A DNA stretch of 64,000 bases, taken from NCBI GenBank assembly GCA_977017575.1, contig CDRNVI010000170.1, forward strand, positions 62,001 through 126,000, written 5' to 3'. A program made the translations under genes and the position numbers. Positions 39,227-50,682 of this stretch are shown in pieces; positions within the stretch are counted from its first letter, which is position 1, and every line of letters begins with the position of its first letter. Under the pieces are notes generated by a model. The model ran no database searches. It was not told the origin of the DNA and was given only the letters and a program-made list of their open reading frames with translations. The stretch comes from Paramoeba atlantica. Its lineage: Eukaryota; Protista; Discosea.

Positions 39227-41360
39227 AAGAAAAAAAAAAGAAAAAAAAGGAAAAGGAAAAAAGAAAAAAAAGAAAGAAAAGAAAAAAAGAAAAACAAAGA
39301 CAGAAAAAAAAAGAAAAAAAAAGAAAAAAAAGAAAAAAAAGAAAAAAAAGAAAAAAAAGAAAAGAGAAAAAAGAAAAAAAAAAGAAAAAAAAGAAAAAAA
39401 AGAAAAAAGAAAAAAGAAAAAAAAAAGAAAAAAAAGAAAAGAAAAAAACTGTGAAGAAAAAGGATCTTTTTTGATACGTGATTTCACTCTTTTCTAATTC
39501 AACGACTTTGCTGTTTTAAAAGGAAAGAAAGAGAAGGAAAGAAAAGAAAAGAGAAGGAGAAAGAGGGGAAAGAGGAGAAAAGAGAAGAGGGGGGGAGAAG
39601 ATTAAAAAGAGGAAAGATAAAAGATAAAGAAGACGAAAAACAAAAGATAAAAGAAAAAAAGAAAAAAAGAAAAAACAAAAGAAAAAAAAACAAAGAAAAA
39701 AAAGAAAAAAAAGAAAAAAAACAAAAGAAAAAAAGAAAAAAAAACCAATGAAGAAAAAAGGACCATTTTTTTGATACGTGAATTACACTCTCTTCAATTA
39801 AACAACTTTCCTATGTTAAGGAAAAAAAGAAAGAGAAAAGAAAGAGAAAAGAAAGAGAAAACGAAAAAGGGAGAAAAAGAGAAGAGAGGGGAAAGATTAA
39901 AAAGAGGAAAAGATAAAGAAGAAAAAACAAAAGAAAAATCGGAAAAAAAACAAAAAAAAAACAAAAAAAAACAAAAACAAAAACAAAAAGAAAAAAAAAA
40001 GAAAAAAAAAGAAAAGAAAAGAAAAAGAAAAAGAGAAAAAAAGAAAAGAAAAGAAAAGAAAAGAAGAAAAAAAAGAGAAAGAAAAAAGAATAAACCTCAA
40101 GAACATGATTTAACTTCACCCACCTCTTCCCAACCTTCCCAACCTCCTCCTACCTTCCCCGACCTTCCCTACCTTCCCTCCTTCCCTCTTCCCTACCTTC
40201 TTTCTTCCCAACCTCCCCCTCCTTCTTCCCTCCTCCTTCCCTCTTCCCTCCTTCCCAACCTCCCCCTACCTTCTTCCCTCCTCCTTCCCTCTTCCCTCCT
40301 TCCCTCTTCCCAACCTCCCCAGCCCTCCTTCCCAACCTCCCCCTACCTTCCCCAACCTTTCCTACCTTCCCTCCTTCCCTACCTTCCCTCTTCCCTCTTC
40401 CCCCTTCTTTCTTCTTCCCTCCTTCTTCCCTCCTCCCTTCCCTCCTCCCTTCCCTCCTTCTTCCCTCCTTCTCTCCTTCTTCCTCTTTCCCTTTTTTTCG
40501 TTCTTTTTCTCTTTCTTTTTTCTTTTCTTTTTCTCTTTCCTCTTTTCTTCTCTCTCCTTTCGCTCTTTCCTCTCTCTCACCGGGGTTGCCAAGGGAAAAA
40601 AACACAATTGCAAAGGTTTTTCAGGGCATTGAAAAAAAAATTCTCATCAAAATTTCCTTGTAAAATATTTTTTCGACACTCAGAAAAACAATTGAATTGT
40701 GCTGGTTTATTTTAGCACACAAAAAAAGATTTTAGGGCTCATAATTTTTCTGGCCTCGTTGGTTTTGTTTTGCCTTTTCTCTTTCTCTCCTCTTTTTCTC
40801 TCTTTCTTTTTATCTCTTCTCTTTTTCTCTCTTCTCTTTTCTCTCTCTTCTCTTTTCTCTCTCTTTTTCTTTTCTCTCTCTTTTTTTCTTTTCCTTCTTT
40901 TTTTCTTTCTCTTTCTCGAACTTTTTTGCCCTTTGTGAATGGGACTGGATGGGGTTCTCTCTTTATTTCTTTTTATTTCTTTTTATTTCTGTTTTTTTCT
41001 TCTCTTTTTTACTTTTATTTCTTTTCTTTTTTTTTTTTTCACTTTTTCACTTTCTCACTTTTTCTCTTTTTTTTGTTCCTCTTTTTCTTGTTCCCCTTTT
41101 TCTCGTTCCCCTTTCTTCCCTTTTTTGATGGGTTCTCTCTTTTCTTTTTTCCCTTTCCCCCCTTTTTTCTTTTTCTCTTCTTTTCTTTTCTTTTTGTTGA
41201 TTTCTTTCCTTTTGTTTTCGATTTCTTCTTCGGTTTCTCATTTTTTTCTTTTTTTTTTTTTTCTATTTTCTCTTTCTCTTTCTCTTCTCTCTTCTCTTCT
41301 CTCTCTTCTCTCTTCTCTCTCTTTCCCCCCCTTCCCTTTCTTTTCCTTTTTCTTTTTTGA
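38480..41360. repeat. Large low-complexity block: A-rich (38.5-40.1 kb), CCTTCCC-type (40.12-40.47 kb), T-rich (40.5-41.36 kb)
   Basis: Directly visible in the sequence. Confidence 0.9.
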
Positions 41361-41712
41361 AAAAATAAGACAGTCTTACAGATAAGTGAATCTTCAAAAA
41401 AAAAGAAGAGACAAAAGAGATGTTTTTTTATTTGGGAAAGATGATGTATTCTCTGGGTCCGGATTTTCACAAATTAGCACCCAGAGAGTACCAAGATCTC
41501 TCCCCCAACCATCTATCTGACACATTCTTTTTGACGAAAAAGAAAGGAGAAAAATTACAATGAAATACCAACAGAGAAAAGAAGAGGAGTGAATAAAGAA
41601 AAAAGAAAGAAGAAAGAAGATAAAAGAAAAAAGAAAAGAAATAAACATTTTTCTTGATAAAAAAAGAGCACAAAAAAAAAGAAGTTTGGTTCCATTGAAG
41701 AGATTTTGTTAT

Positions 41713-42711
41713 TTATTTTCGTCTTCTCTCCTTTGAAGGAGGAGAATTGAAAAACTTCTTTTTCAAACCATGTGGTGGGGAAGAAGAACGTCGAGTTCCT
41801 TTTCTCTTATTTCTAAACATTTTGTCTTTCTCTTCTTCTTCTTCTGGTCCAGTCACCAACCTCTCTGTGATTTCTTCCAAACGTTTCTTGAGAATAATTT
41901 CTGTTTCCATCATCTTTTTTGACTTCTTTTCTTTCGCTTCAAGATTACAAAGTCTTCTTTCGATGTTTCGTCGTTGGTTTTGAAGCTTTCTTGATTGCCC
42001 AAATGATCTTGGTTTACCACAATCTTTCTCTTCTTTCTCTTCTTTCTCTTCTTCCTCTTCTTCATCTTCTTCCTCTTCTTCCTCAGAGGATTGGATTTCT
42101 TCAATCTCCTCTTCCTCTTGTTTGTTTCCAACAATGTCCTTTTGACTTTTCAAATCAACAAGATTCTCTCGAACTTGGGTTTTGTTTTCAGTCAACCGTT
42201 CCTTTCTTTGTTGGAGAACCACGATCTTTTCTTCAAGAACATCAATCTGATCTGCCAGTTTCTTGTCACGTTTACTGAGAATTTCAATCTCCTTCTCTCT
42301 CTTCTGTTGTTCCTTGAGTCTTTTCTGAGGGTTCTCAGAAACTTTATCCCCCACTTTCTCAACCTTCTTCTCTTCATCATCACCCACTCGATTTTCGACC
42401 TCTTGGATCTCCTTTTTGGTTTCTTCTTCGACTTGACTCTCCACTGCTTTTGCTGTCTCATTCTTTTTTGGGAGAACAAACAAAGCGTCTTCCAAGTCTT
42501 GGTCACGTTTCACAAAGACGACATCACACTCATCATCAAGATAGAACACTTGAACCGCAGTTGAAGTTCCGTACACATCCTGGATCTTCCTTCGGAGACT
42601 TTGAAAGTCTTGAGCTTGAACAGAACACACTCTTCCATTCTCAGTGTTTTGGGCTTCCCACCACTCTTCTTCTCTTTCGACAATCGACATCAACTGAACT
42701 CTCATCACCAT
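41713..42711 (-). CDS. PB1-domain, coiled-coil/acidic protein (332 aa)
   Basis: N-terminal FQSLRRKIQDVY...VFYLDDECDVVFVKRDQDLEDAL (PB1 OPCA motif), followed by K/E heptad-rich helices. Confidence 0.75.
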   Translation of the reverse strand: MVMRVQLMSIVEREEEWWEAQNTENGRVCSVQAQDFQSLRRKIQDVYGTSTAVQVFYLDDECDVVFVKRDQDLEDALFVLPKKNETAKAVESQVEEETKKEIQEVENRVGDDEEKKVEKVGDKVSENPQKRLKEQQKREKEIEILSKRDKKLADQIDVLEEKIVVLQQRKERLTENKTQVRENLVDLKSQKDIVGNKQEEEEIEEIQSSEEEEEEDEEEEEEKEEKEEKDCGKPRSFGQSRKLQNQRRNIERRLCNLEAKEKKSKKMMETEIILKKRLEEITERLVTGPEEEEEKDKMFRNKRKGTRRSSSPPHGLKKKFFNSPPSKERRRK

Positions 42712-43354
42712 ATTTTGATTGATTGATTGTTGTTTTTCTGTTTCAAGTTATCCAGAAAAAGAAATGTTTTGAATTAAAAACAAAACCTGAGGGTGTGGTT
42801 GATTGTGTTTGTTGTCATTCACGAGGGAATGAGAGGGGGGGGGGTGTGGTGAGAAGGAACACCAATCAAAATTGAACAAAAAAAAACAAAAAAAATCACT
42901 GAAAGAACAACCAAAAACACACACACAGAAAAAAAAAAAAAAGAAAAAAAGGGCTGATAGGACCCAAAATAGAGGTCCATCATATTTGGACCCAAAATAG
43001 AGGTCCGTTTTTCTTTTTTTGTTTTTGTTTTTTTGTTCGTTTGTTTTTTTTTGGGTTTTCCTCAGCCTTTCTTTTTCCTCTTTCTCTTTTCTTCTGTCTT
43101 TCTTTTCTTATCTTTCTTTTTGTAGGTTGTTAATTTTTTTCCTTCTCTTTCTTTGTTTTTTTTCTTTGTTTTTTTCTTTCTTTTTTTGAAATTCCACCAC
43201 TTTTTCTCTCTTTCCATTGAGGTTTTTTCTCTTTTCTCTTTTCTCTTTTCTTTTTTCTCTTTTCTTTCTTTTCTCTCATCTTTCTTTTCTCTTTCTCTTT
43301 TCTTTTTTATTAATTTGGATTGATATTAAAAGAAGAAAAAAAAGAAGAGAAAGT

Positions 43355-43473
43355 GTCTTCGGTCATACCCAGTTGAAAGCACCCGATCCCATCAGAACTC
43401 GGAAGTTAAGCAGCTGTGGGCTCGGTTAGTAGAATGGTGGGTGACCACATTCGAATCCCGAGTGCTGAAGACC
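43355..43473 (+). rRNA. 5S rRNA: 5S rRNA
   Basis: GTCTTC...GAAGAC terminal helix, CGGTCATACC, CCCGATCCCATCAGAACTCGGAAGTTAAGC and GGTTAGTA, followed by a T-rich terminator. Confidence 0.92.
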
Positions 43474-43515
43474 TTCTCTTTTCTTTTTTTTTCCTCTCTT
43501 TTCTTTTTTTTTCCT

Positions 43516-43518
<3 letters not shown>

Positions 43519-43553
<35 letters not shown>

Positions 43554-46500
43554 CAATGAAAGAGATTTTTATTCGAAATAGATGGTCGTAAGAGAAGGGA
43601 ATGGTTCTCACCCAGTGAGAGGAGGAACTGCAGAAAAAGGGGGTAGTACATGTGGAAAGAAGAGGGGGGAATGGAAATGTCATTTGGATTGAGAGATGAT
43701 GAGAAGCACAGAGAGTGATGGGTCAAAAGGGGGTTGCTGGGTTTTAGATTTTCCTGTATGCTCATCATGTGGTTTGCCATTGCTTTCATTAGTGCAGCTG
43801 AAATCTTCTTCTTTGCTGTTCTTAAGAAGAGGGGGAGGGGGTTGGCATCCAGGACCTGGTTGTTTTGGAGGGCAATTGAGGTGAGGGATCGTAGGAGTGC
43901 ACTAATGTCAGGGGATATTCCACCACCTGAGGATGAAGATGCTGGAAGGAAGATGACTTCACCTTGGAGAAACGGAAAGAGTTATTTGTTTAAGGGTCTG
44001 TTTCTCCTCAGGGGTGTCTCTGCCCCTTCCTGCATTAAAGTCTGTTTCAGTCAGACATCTGTCCACATATTCTCTGCATTTCATGATCCTGGCATGGTGT
44101 GCAGCAGGTGAGAGGGTGTCGAGTATGGGGGGTCAGAGTGGGTTTTGGTGGGTGTTTGGATCACACAGCGAAAGTGGGGGGTTTTGTGGGTTGACACAAC
44201 TCGGACATCAATACACAGATCCTGGTCACCTTGCCACTCGCAGATTGTAAGATCAGGTTGCTTGTGTGACTTCCCGATTGGCCGGTAGGCTCCATCTCAG
44301 ATTGTTGTTTTTCCCGCCCAGCTGGCAATGTTCTTGAGTTCATCACGGAGAGCATGGTGTCTTCTTGTGTGGTTCCTCTTCCACGACTGGTGCAATCTGA
44401 GAGGTGGAGGGAGGATGCAGCACAGAGTTCTTTTTCACAGAATCCACACTTGACAGTCCCAAGTTCGCAGAGAGCCCCAAGGTGTGGGTCAACTATGTCA
44501 AGCCTACATCGGTAGGCTGAGCGAAAATCTTCAGCATTTAAGGCTTGATATGGCTTTGGCCCAGAGGTGTCCTTGTCTGGGTAGGCTGTCATCCACAAGT
44601 GGGTGGTGGGGCCAACCTCATTCTCACAGATTGCACGGCAGAGGTTTTTGTCTTGTGTTGGGTCCATGATCTTCTTTTTGACATCCTGAAGTTCACAGGA
44701 GGTGAACTTCTTCTGTGGTTTGTAGTTTTCTCCAGTGCCCATTGAGTCAGATGGTGGCTCTGTCAATCGAGTTAGGAGCTCATGGACAGAGGTACCACTT
44801 GGCAGTTTCCACTCGCTCAAGACGAAGCTTTCAAAATGGTCATATGCTTGGTGGAGAGCCTGGTGCTGGGGTGAGTCACTCTTCCAGAAGTCTTCAAAGA
44901 GGTTGATAAGTTCAGGTTTGAACTCAGAGCAGGATCGGTAGACTGAGATCCAGGAGCCAAGGAAGGCTGCTTGGTGGGTGTTCTGAGAGTAGCTCAAGCC
45001 ACCACCACCTTTTGACTTTGGAAGGCCTGCAGCTTCTACTCGAGAGAGATGGAGTTCTTTGTTTGGATGCAGGTGGGGGACTTGGAGGGGGTTGAGGAGG
45101 TAATTGATGTTTGTTGTAGTGGTTTGCTTGATGAAGTCTTGGAAAGGGGTTAAAGAGAGAGGTGTTGTGTGACAGATGTATGTTAGTTTGGGTGTGATGG
45201 TTTTAACAAAAAGCTCGAGACTTTCATGGGGGTTGGAGAACATTATTAAACAGTGGTCTTGTGATGCTTGTTGGTATTCTTGAGCAAGGGTGTGAAGCCA
45301 CTTGGAAATTTGAGTGTTCAGCCCAATGGGTGACCCTAGAACTGTGATTACTTCCGCCTTCCCAATGCCAAGATTTTTGAGGTCATTGCTCCTGGGCGCT
45401 TCAGGAGAGAAACAGACCATTTTGCCCCTTTCTGTGCCAAGTTTGAGGTTGGCATTTGGGAGGACACTCTGGATCTGAGTGGTGATTTCTGCAATGGCAA
45501 CCAGGCTCCCACAAACAAATATATCATCGACAAAGAAGAGAAGAAGAAGTGCATTCAGTGGAGCATCAACCTTCTGAAAGATTGGATTGAGGATTCCATG
45601 AAATCCCAGACAAAAGAAAATTGTCCCGAGGGGATCTCCTTGCTGGACACCCTCCTCCATGGTGAGGGTGTGGTTCCGGTCATGAGAGAGTGAGGGGTGT
45701 TACCGAAGAATAGAAGGTGTAGAGGTATGGAAGTAATACAGGGGCCAGCTGGACTGTGCTCTCAAAGATGGTTTTTCTTGAGATGGAATTGAAGGCATTA
45801 ACAATGTCCAGTTTCGCGGCATAATGTTGTGGGTGGAGGTGGAGATAGGCTGTGATATTGCTTTGTGGACCATTTCTGCACCACTTGGCAAGCATACACC
45901 ATACTGATGGGACAATTTCTCAGGAATTCCCTCGTGTTGGACTTCAAGAACAAGTGCAATCGCTGCCCACCTCTTGAGAACTTCAGCAACACCAATTGGA
46001 CGGATCCCTTTGTCCCCTTTTGCCAGAGGAATGAAGAGAGAGGTTGCCATGATGTTGTGTATGGTTTCATTGAGTTTTTGATTGGTGATTAAGACAGTCA
46101 ATTCTTTGAGGGTTGAGTGGAGTTCTCGGTCTGTGCATAGGAGTGTGACAAACTCATAAGACGTGCGGCCTTTTGGAAGTCTCTGAAGGGCCAGATCAAG
46201 TGAGTCAAAGGACTGAAACTCATCTTGTTCAAGGATTGCTGGTTTCCAGTCAGGAATTTCGGCTCGATCTGGTGGAGTCCACGCCTGCTCAGATCTTGGG
46301 TAGAGGTTCTTCACAGTTTCACGATTTTCTGGGACTGAGAGATCCCTGAATCCACTCTTGGATTGAAGCTTCCTTGCAGCTTTGGAGAGATGTCCTTTTC
46401 TGACCTCTTCAATAATCTGGTCTGCCTTGGTTTTCTTGGTGGACTTCTGCCTCCTCTTTTGCTTGAGTTTGCTGAGCTCACCCTCAAGTTTTTTGTGGAG

Positions 46501-48660
46501 TCTCTCCCACTCAAAATTTCGCACCATGGTGCATCGAGATTTCACTTCTTTCATTCCTTGAGTACCCCTTCTAAGGCAGCCAAAGATCCATTTTGGGAGG
46601 AGGATCAGGAGTTGGGGTATCTTATGAAAGAGGTGTCATACAGCACAAAAAGTTTTGATGACTGTATCACGAAGGCAGAGTGGTACTGAGTCCATGTAGC
46701 AGAGGGGGATGTGTTTTGAGAAGGAGTCTCCTTCAAGAGAGAGGATGAAGTTCATTGTAGTCTCTTCTTTGCTTCCATGAGGAAGGGTTGTAGAGCGCCC
46801 ATGATTGAAGAAGAGTTGTTGGATGTGTTGTGGGTCTGGGTCAAGGATGGGTGTGATTCTCCAGGTGTTGTCAGGGCATCCTCTGTGTACTGCTAAACTT
46901 GTGATCCTATCTGCCAAAGAGTTGTTCTTGCGGTTTCTCCAGTTAATATGGTTTTCAGGGCTTGGGAGAATGGATGAGAGAGTGGACAATTTCCTTGTTC
47001 TCATGAACGACACAGAGTGATGAGCTTCCAACACACCATCCATTTGGGTTGGTAGCAACAGATCCATCCCCACAGATGAAAAAGAAGTTGTCTTTGACAT
47101 TTGTGAGCGAGATTTCGGAAGGCTGTGGTGCAGGTTTCCAGTGTTGCCAGAACTGTAGGAGAAAGGCTATTCTCCCTGTGCTACTTGCGATTCGAGAGAA
47201 GGGGGATGATATCTCATCTTGCTTTGTTTGTTGAGCATTTTTGAAATCTGAGGAGAGAATGGGAGTAAGGTCTTAGTTTTTCTGTTGGCCACCAAAGAAG
47301 TGGTTGATTCCAAGTCCAAGGAGGTCACAAGCTCTGCATGTTTGGAGGGAGCTTGTTCTTGTGCGATCCAAGTTTCTGAAGTGGGGGACAGTTAAGACTA
47401 TATCTTCAAAGGAGCCATTTTTGAAGAGTTCAAGGATAAGGGAGAGGGAGGGAGGAGTTTGTTGAAAAGAAGGTGGGCCATGAGAAGAAGGGCGGTGGGA
47501 AAGTTGTTGGGGAGGGGGAGCGAGAGGGGAGTGAGAGGGGGTGTGGGAAGGGAGGTGGTGAGGTGGGCTTGGGGGGGGGCAAATGAGGTGGATGGGAAGG
47601 AGGGTGGAGAGGTGTGTGAGGTGAGGGGTGAGATGGGGGAGGAGGAAAAGGGGTGATGGGATGGTTTTCTGTGCTGTTGTGGCATTGTGTTGAACAATAA
47701 TGCATTTGGCAGTGGTTACAGGAGATGTGGGAGCCAACTTCTGCTTTACCATTGCATTCAGGGTTGTTACATGAAGGGGGAGGGGTGCTGGAGGGATTGA
47801 GATCAGGATTAAGATTGAGATGAAGAGTGGGATAGGGAATGGGGGAGGGGAGTGGGGAGGGAGGGGGGGAGGGAAGTGGGGAGGGAGGGTGGGAGGGGGG
47901 ATTGGAGGGAGAGCAGGGAGGGGAGGTTAGGGATGGGAGAGGTTGGGGGGGGGGGGAGGAAGAGGGTGACAGAGAGTTTGTGACTTCCTGTGGTGGGAAA
48001 AGGAGCAGAATGTAAGGAGGCACTTCTCACATTGGGAGACTATTACTTTTTGGTGTTGGCCTCTGCATCTTCAGTACGAGCAATTGCCAAGGAATTTTGG
48101 AGGATGTGAAGTTGTCTTCTGGGCCTGAGGATTGTCCATTCGATTTAGTTCTTTTTCTCTTTCTTTTCTGTTTCTTTCATTCTTTTCTTTTTCTGATTTT
48201 TCTCTTTCTTCCTCTTTTTTTCCATTCTTTTTCCTTCCTGTTTTTTTTCCTCCTCTATTTTCTTTTTCTTTTTGTTCTCTTCCTTTCTTTTCTCTCTTTC
48301 TTTGTTGTTTCTGCTCCTGCTCTCTTGCTTTTTTGGGGTTCTCTTTGTCTTTTTCCTTCCTTTTCTCTTTCTCTGACCTTTTCTTTTTTTCCTTCTTTTT
48401 CTTTCTCTTGCTCTCCTTCTTGGCTGCAACTCTTTTCTGAGTGAAGTTTTGGGAACCGAAAGTTTTCTGTGCTATCTGGTTTGAGGGTGCCCAGGATCAA
48501 GAGGCATGGCTGTGGCAATCTCAAAAATCTTTTGTTATGTCAGGGGTGGGGAGCAGAGCTTTTGAAGGTGGGGTTTGAGAGGAAGAGGGGAGAGTGGGTA
48601 TTGATTCGGATGAAGTGGGAAGTGATTGGTGGTGTGGTTGGTTTGTGGTTTGTTGTTTGT
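43519..48660 (-). mobile_element. CRE-clade non-LTR retrotransposon, near full-length copy 2 (disrupted)
   Basis: Poly-T 43519-43553. Highly similar to copy 1 over 43554-46100. It continues 5' with GHLSKAARKL, LPKWIFG..RRG, an RNase H-like segment, Pro-rich linkers and two C..C..C..C...[FY]CS zinc fingers. The 5' boundary is uncertain. Confidence 0.85.
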
Positions 48661-50682
48661 TGTTTTTCAAGGGGGAAAAAGTCTTTTTTTTTTCTCTTTT
48701 TTTCTTTTCTTTTTCTTTTGAAATCTCTTTTTTTTTTCCTTTCCTCCCCTCCCTCCTTTTTTTTTTTTGTCTTTTTGTCTTTTTCACTTTGTTTTTGTTT
48801 TTCTTTTCTTTCTCTTTCATTCTTCTTCTCTCTTTTGGGATTTTTGAATTCTTTGTTTTTCTTTTGTCTCTCCTTTTTCCCTTTCTCACCACCACTCTTT
48901 CTCTCTTTCTAGAGTGCAAACATGTCCAAAGTTGTGCAGGTAGTGCCATGACAAAGACTTTTTTCTTTTTTTGTTCTTTTGTTTTGGAGTTGAATTGTTC
49001 TGGCCCTTGAAATTGCTCAAAAAAATTATTGTACAACTTTGATTAAGGCAGGTATTTCTTTCAATCCCCAAAATTTTTTTGGATTTTAAATTCAAAGACT
49101 CTCTTCTTGAAACTGATCTTTTTTTTTTTTGAAAAAAGACTCATGAAACCCATAAAGAAGCGATTCTTGAAAGTAGTGCAAGCTGAGTGTGAATATTGTC
49201 AAGGACCAGACCACAAAGCAATGACTTATGCTGGACCATTCATTGCTGTTCCTTCCTTGTCTGAGGAGAAATGGTGAAGACAATTAAAAAAGGTTTTAGA
49301 TTGAAAAATTATTAGAGAAGGACTCACCTCCTAGAACCAATGATTGAAACACTGAAAATTGTGAATTGTTGTTGAACATTTTGTTTTGAATGAAAATGGT
49401 TGTTTTTCTTTATTGGCCCCCAAATTCTTTGATAAAGTTGGGCAATCTGCTTTTGTGGAAGTGGTGGGGAATTTTCTGGTGGTTTATGAAGTGGTCATGA
49501 TTGAAACAAGGAAAGCCAACCTGCTTGTGGTTATTTTATTTGCTGCCCACCACACATCAAAGCATTTAATAACCTTGATCTTTTTGTTGATAAAAGTTCA
49601 TCATTTGATTGATCTTCCTGAGGAAATTTCATTTCATGACCTCCTTGCTTGCAAAGAAGACTGAGGAGGATGAGGAGAATGATGAAAAAGGAAAAGAAGA
49701 AGAGGAGGAGCAGGTAAGAACTCTTGAACTTGGTGCTGGTGGATTGCAATTCTCTTTCTTCCCTTGATATGGCCCAGAGAAATATTTCTCCTGCAATTTG
49801 AGAATTTTTCCGAATTTTTTTGAAAAAAGACCCTACTCTTCCATCACCAACCACAATCCAATAGATTTGTTGTGAAGGCAGCATCCAATCAAAATTAGAA
49901 GTACTACTATGAGTCCAAGAATGAAAATCCTCAACTCTCTCTCATGATGAAAGTTCATTACAAGGACAAAATCTTCTTTCTATTGGGATCCAGGGCAAAG
50001 GTAGGTATGTTAATTTAAGTATTTGAGAAACAGTTGATCATGATGCCCTGTCAATTGCAAAGGATATTTTTTCTCTTTTAAATGGTCTCCAAAATCTAGC
50101 AAAGAAATTTCCTAAAACCCAGTCCTTTTCAGATTCTTTGAGCCTCTCTTCCTTTGAATCTGTGATGGGGGATCATACTCCTTCAAACCCAGCAGCAGTT
50201 GGAGAATTGAGTCAAATGGCTGGAAAAATCCTTCAGATTCTTGGTTGCCATGCCCATAAATGTGATCTTGTTGAAGAAGCTTTTTGAAAGGTCCTAATCA
50301 AAAATCTGTCTTTTTGAGTTGAACAGGTTGTTGATGATGATAGTCTTGATTGTGGTGGTGGATCTGACTTATTGATGAAAGCTCCAACAAGAGTGAAAAA
50401 TATTCACTCTTCTTCATACTTTCTGTATCAACTTGGAAAACTTGCACTGACTTCATTAAACAAGTATGGGCATTCTGAAAAATTTCAAGTCTGGACAGCA
50501 CAACATAATTTTATCCACCACCACCTCACACCTCTCCACTCAAATCAGTTTTTAGTTTATTCATACAATAGTTTGACTTGTTATCAAGACTTACACTATT
50601 AGGAAATGTTTGTGGGAAGTTGTTTGCCTTCTTCCACTTGAACATTTGAAATAGAGAATGAACAAGAAATTATTAAAAGTGA

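Noticed and set aside
38338-41470. Many long K/E/R-rich and F/S/L-rich ORFs (also at 9.2-11.9 kb, 33.5-34.7 kb and 48.1-49 kb)
   Set aside because: These are by-products of stop-poor purine, pyrimidine and AAC low-complexity tracts, and overlap in several frames on both strands.
47500-47960. G-run cluster as a dedicated G-quadruplex element
   Set aside because: It is explained by Pro-rich coding on the minus strand of the retrotransposon.
50140-50300. LLLGLKEYDPHHRF resembling kinase subdomain XI
   Set aside because: No other kinase motif is found upstream, so one short match is insufficient.
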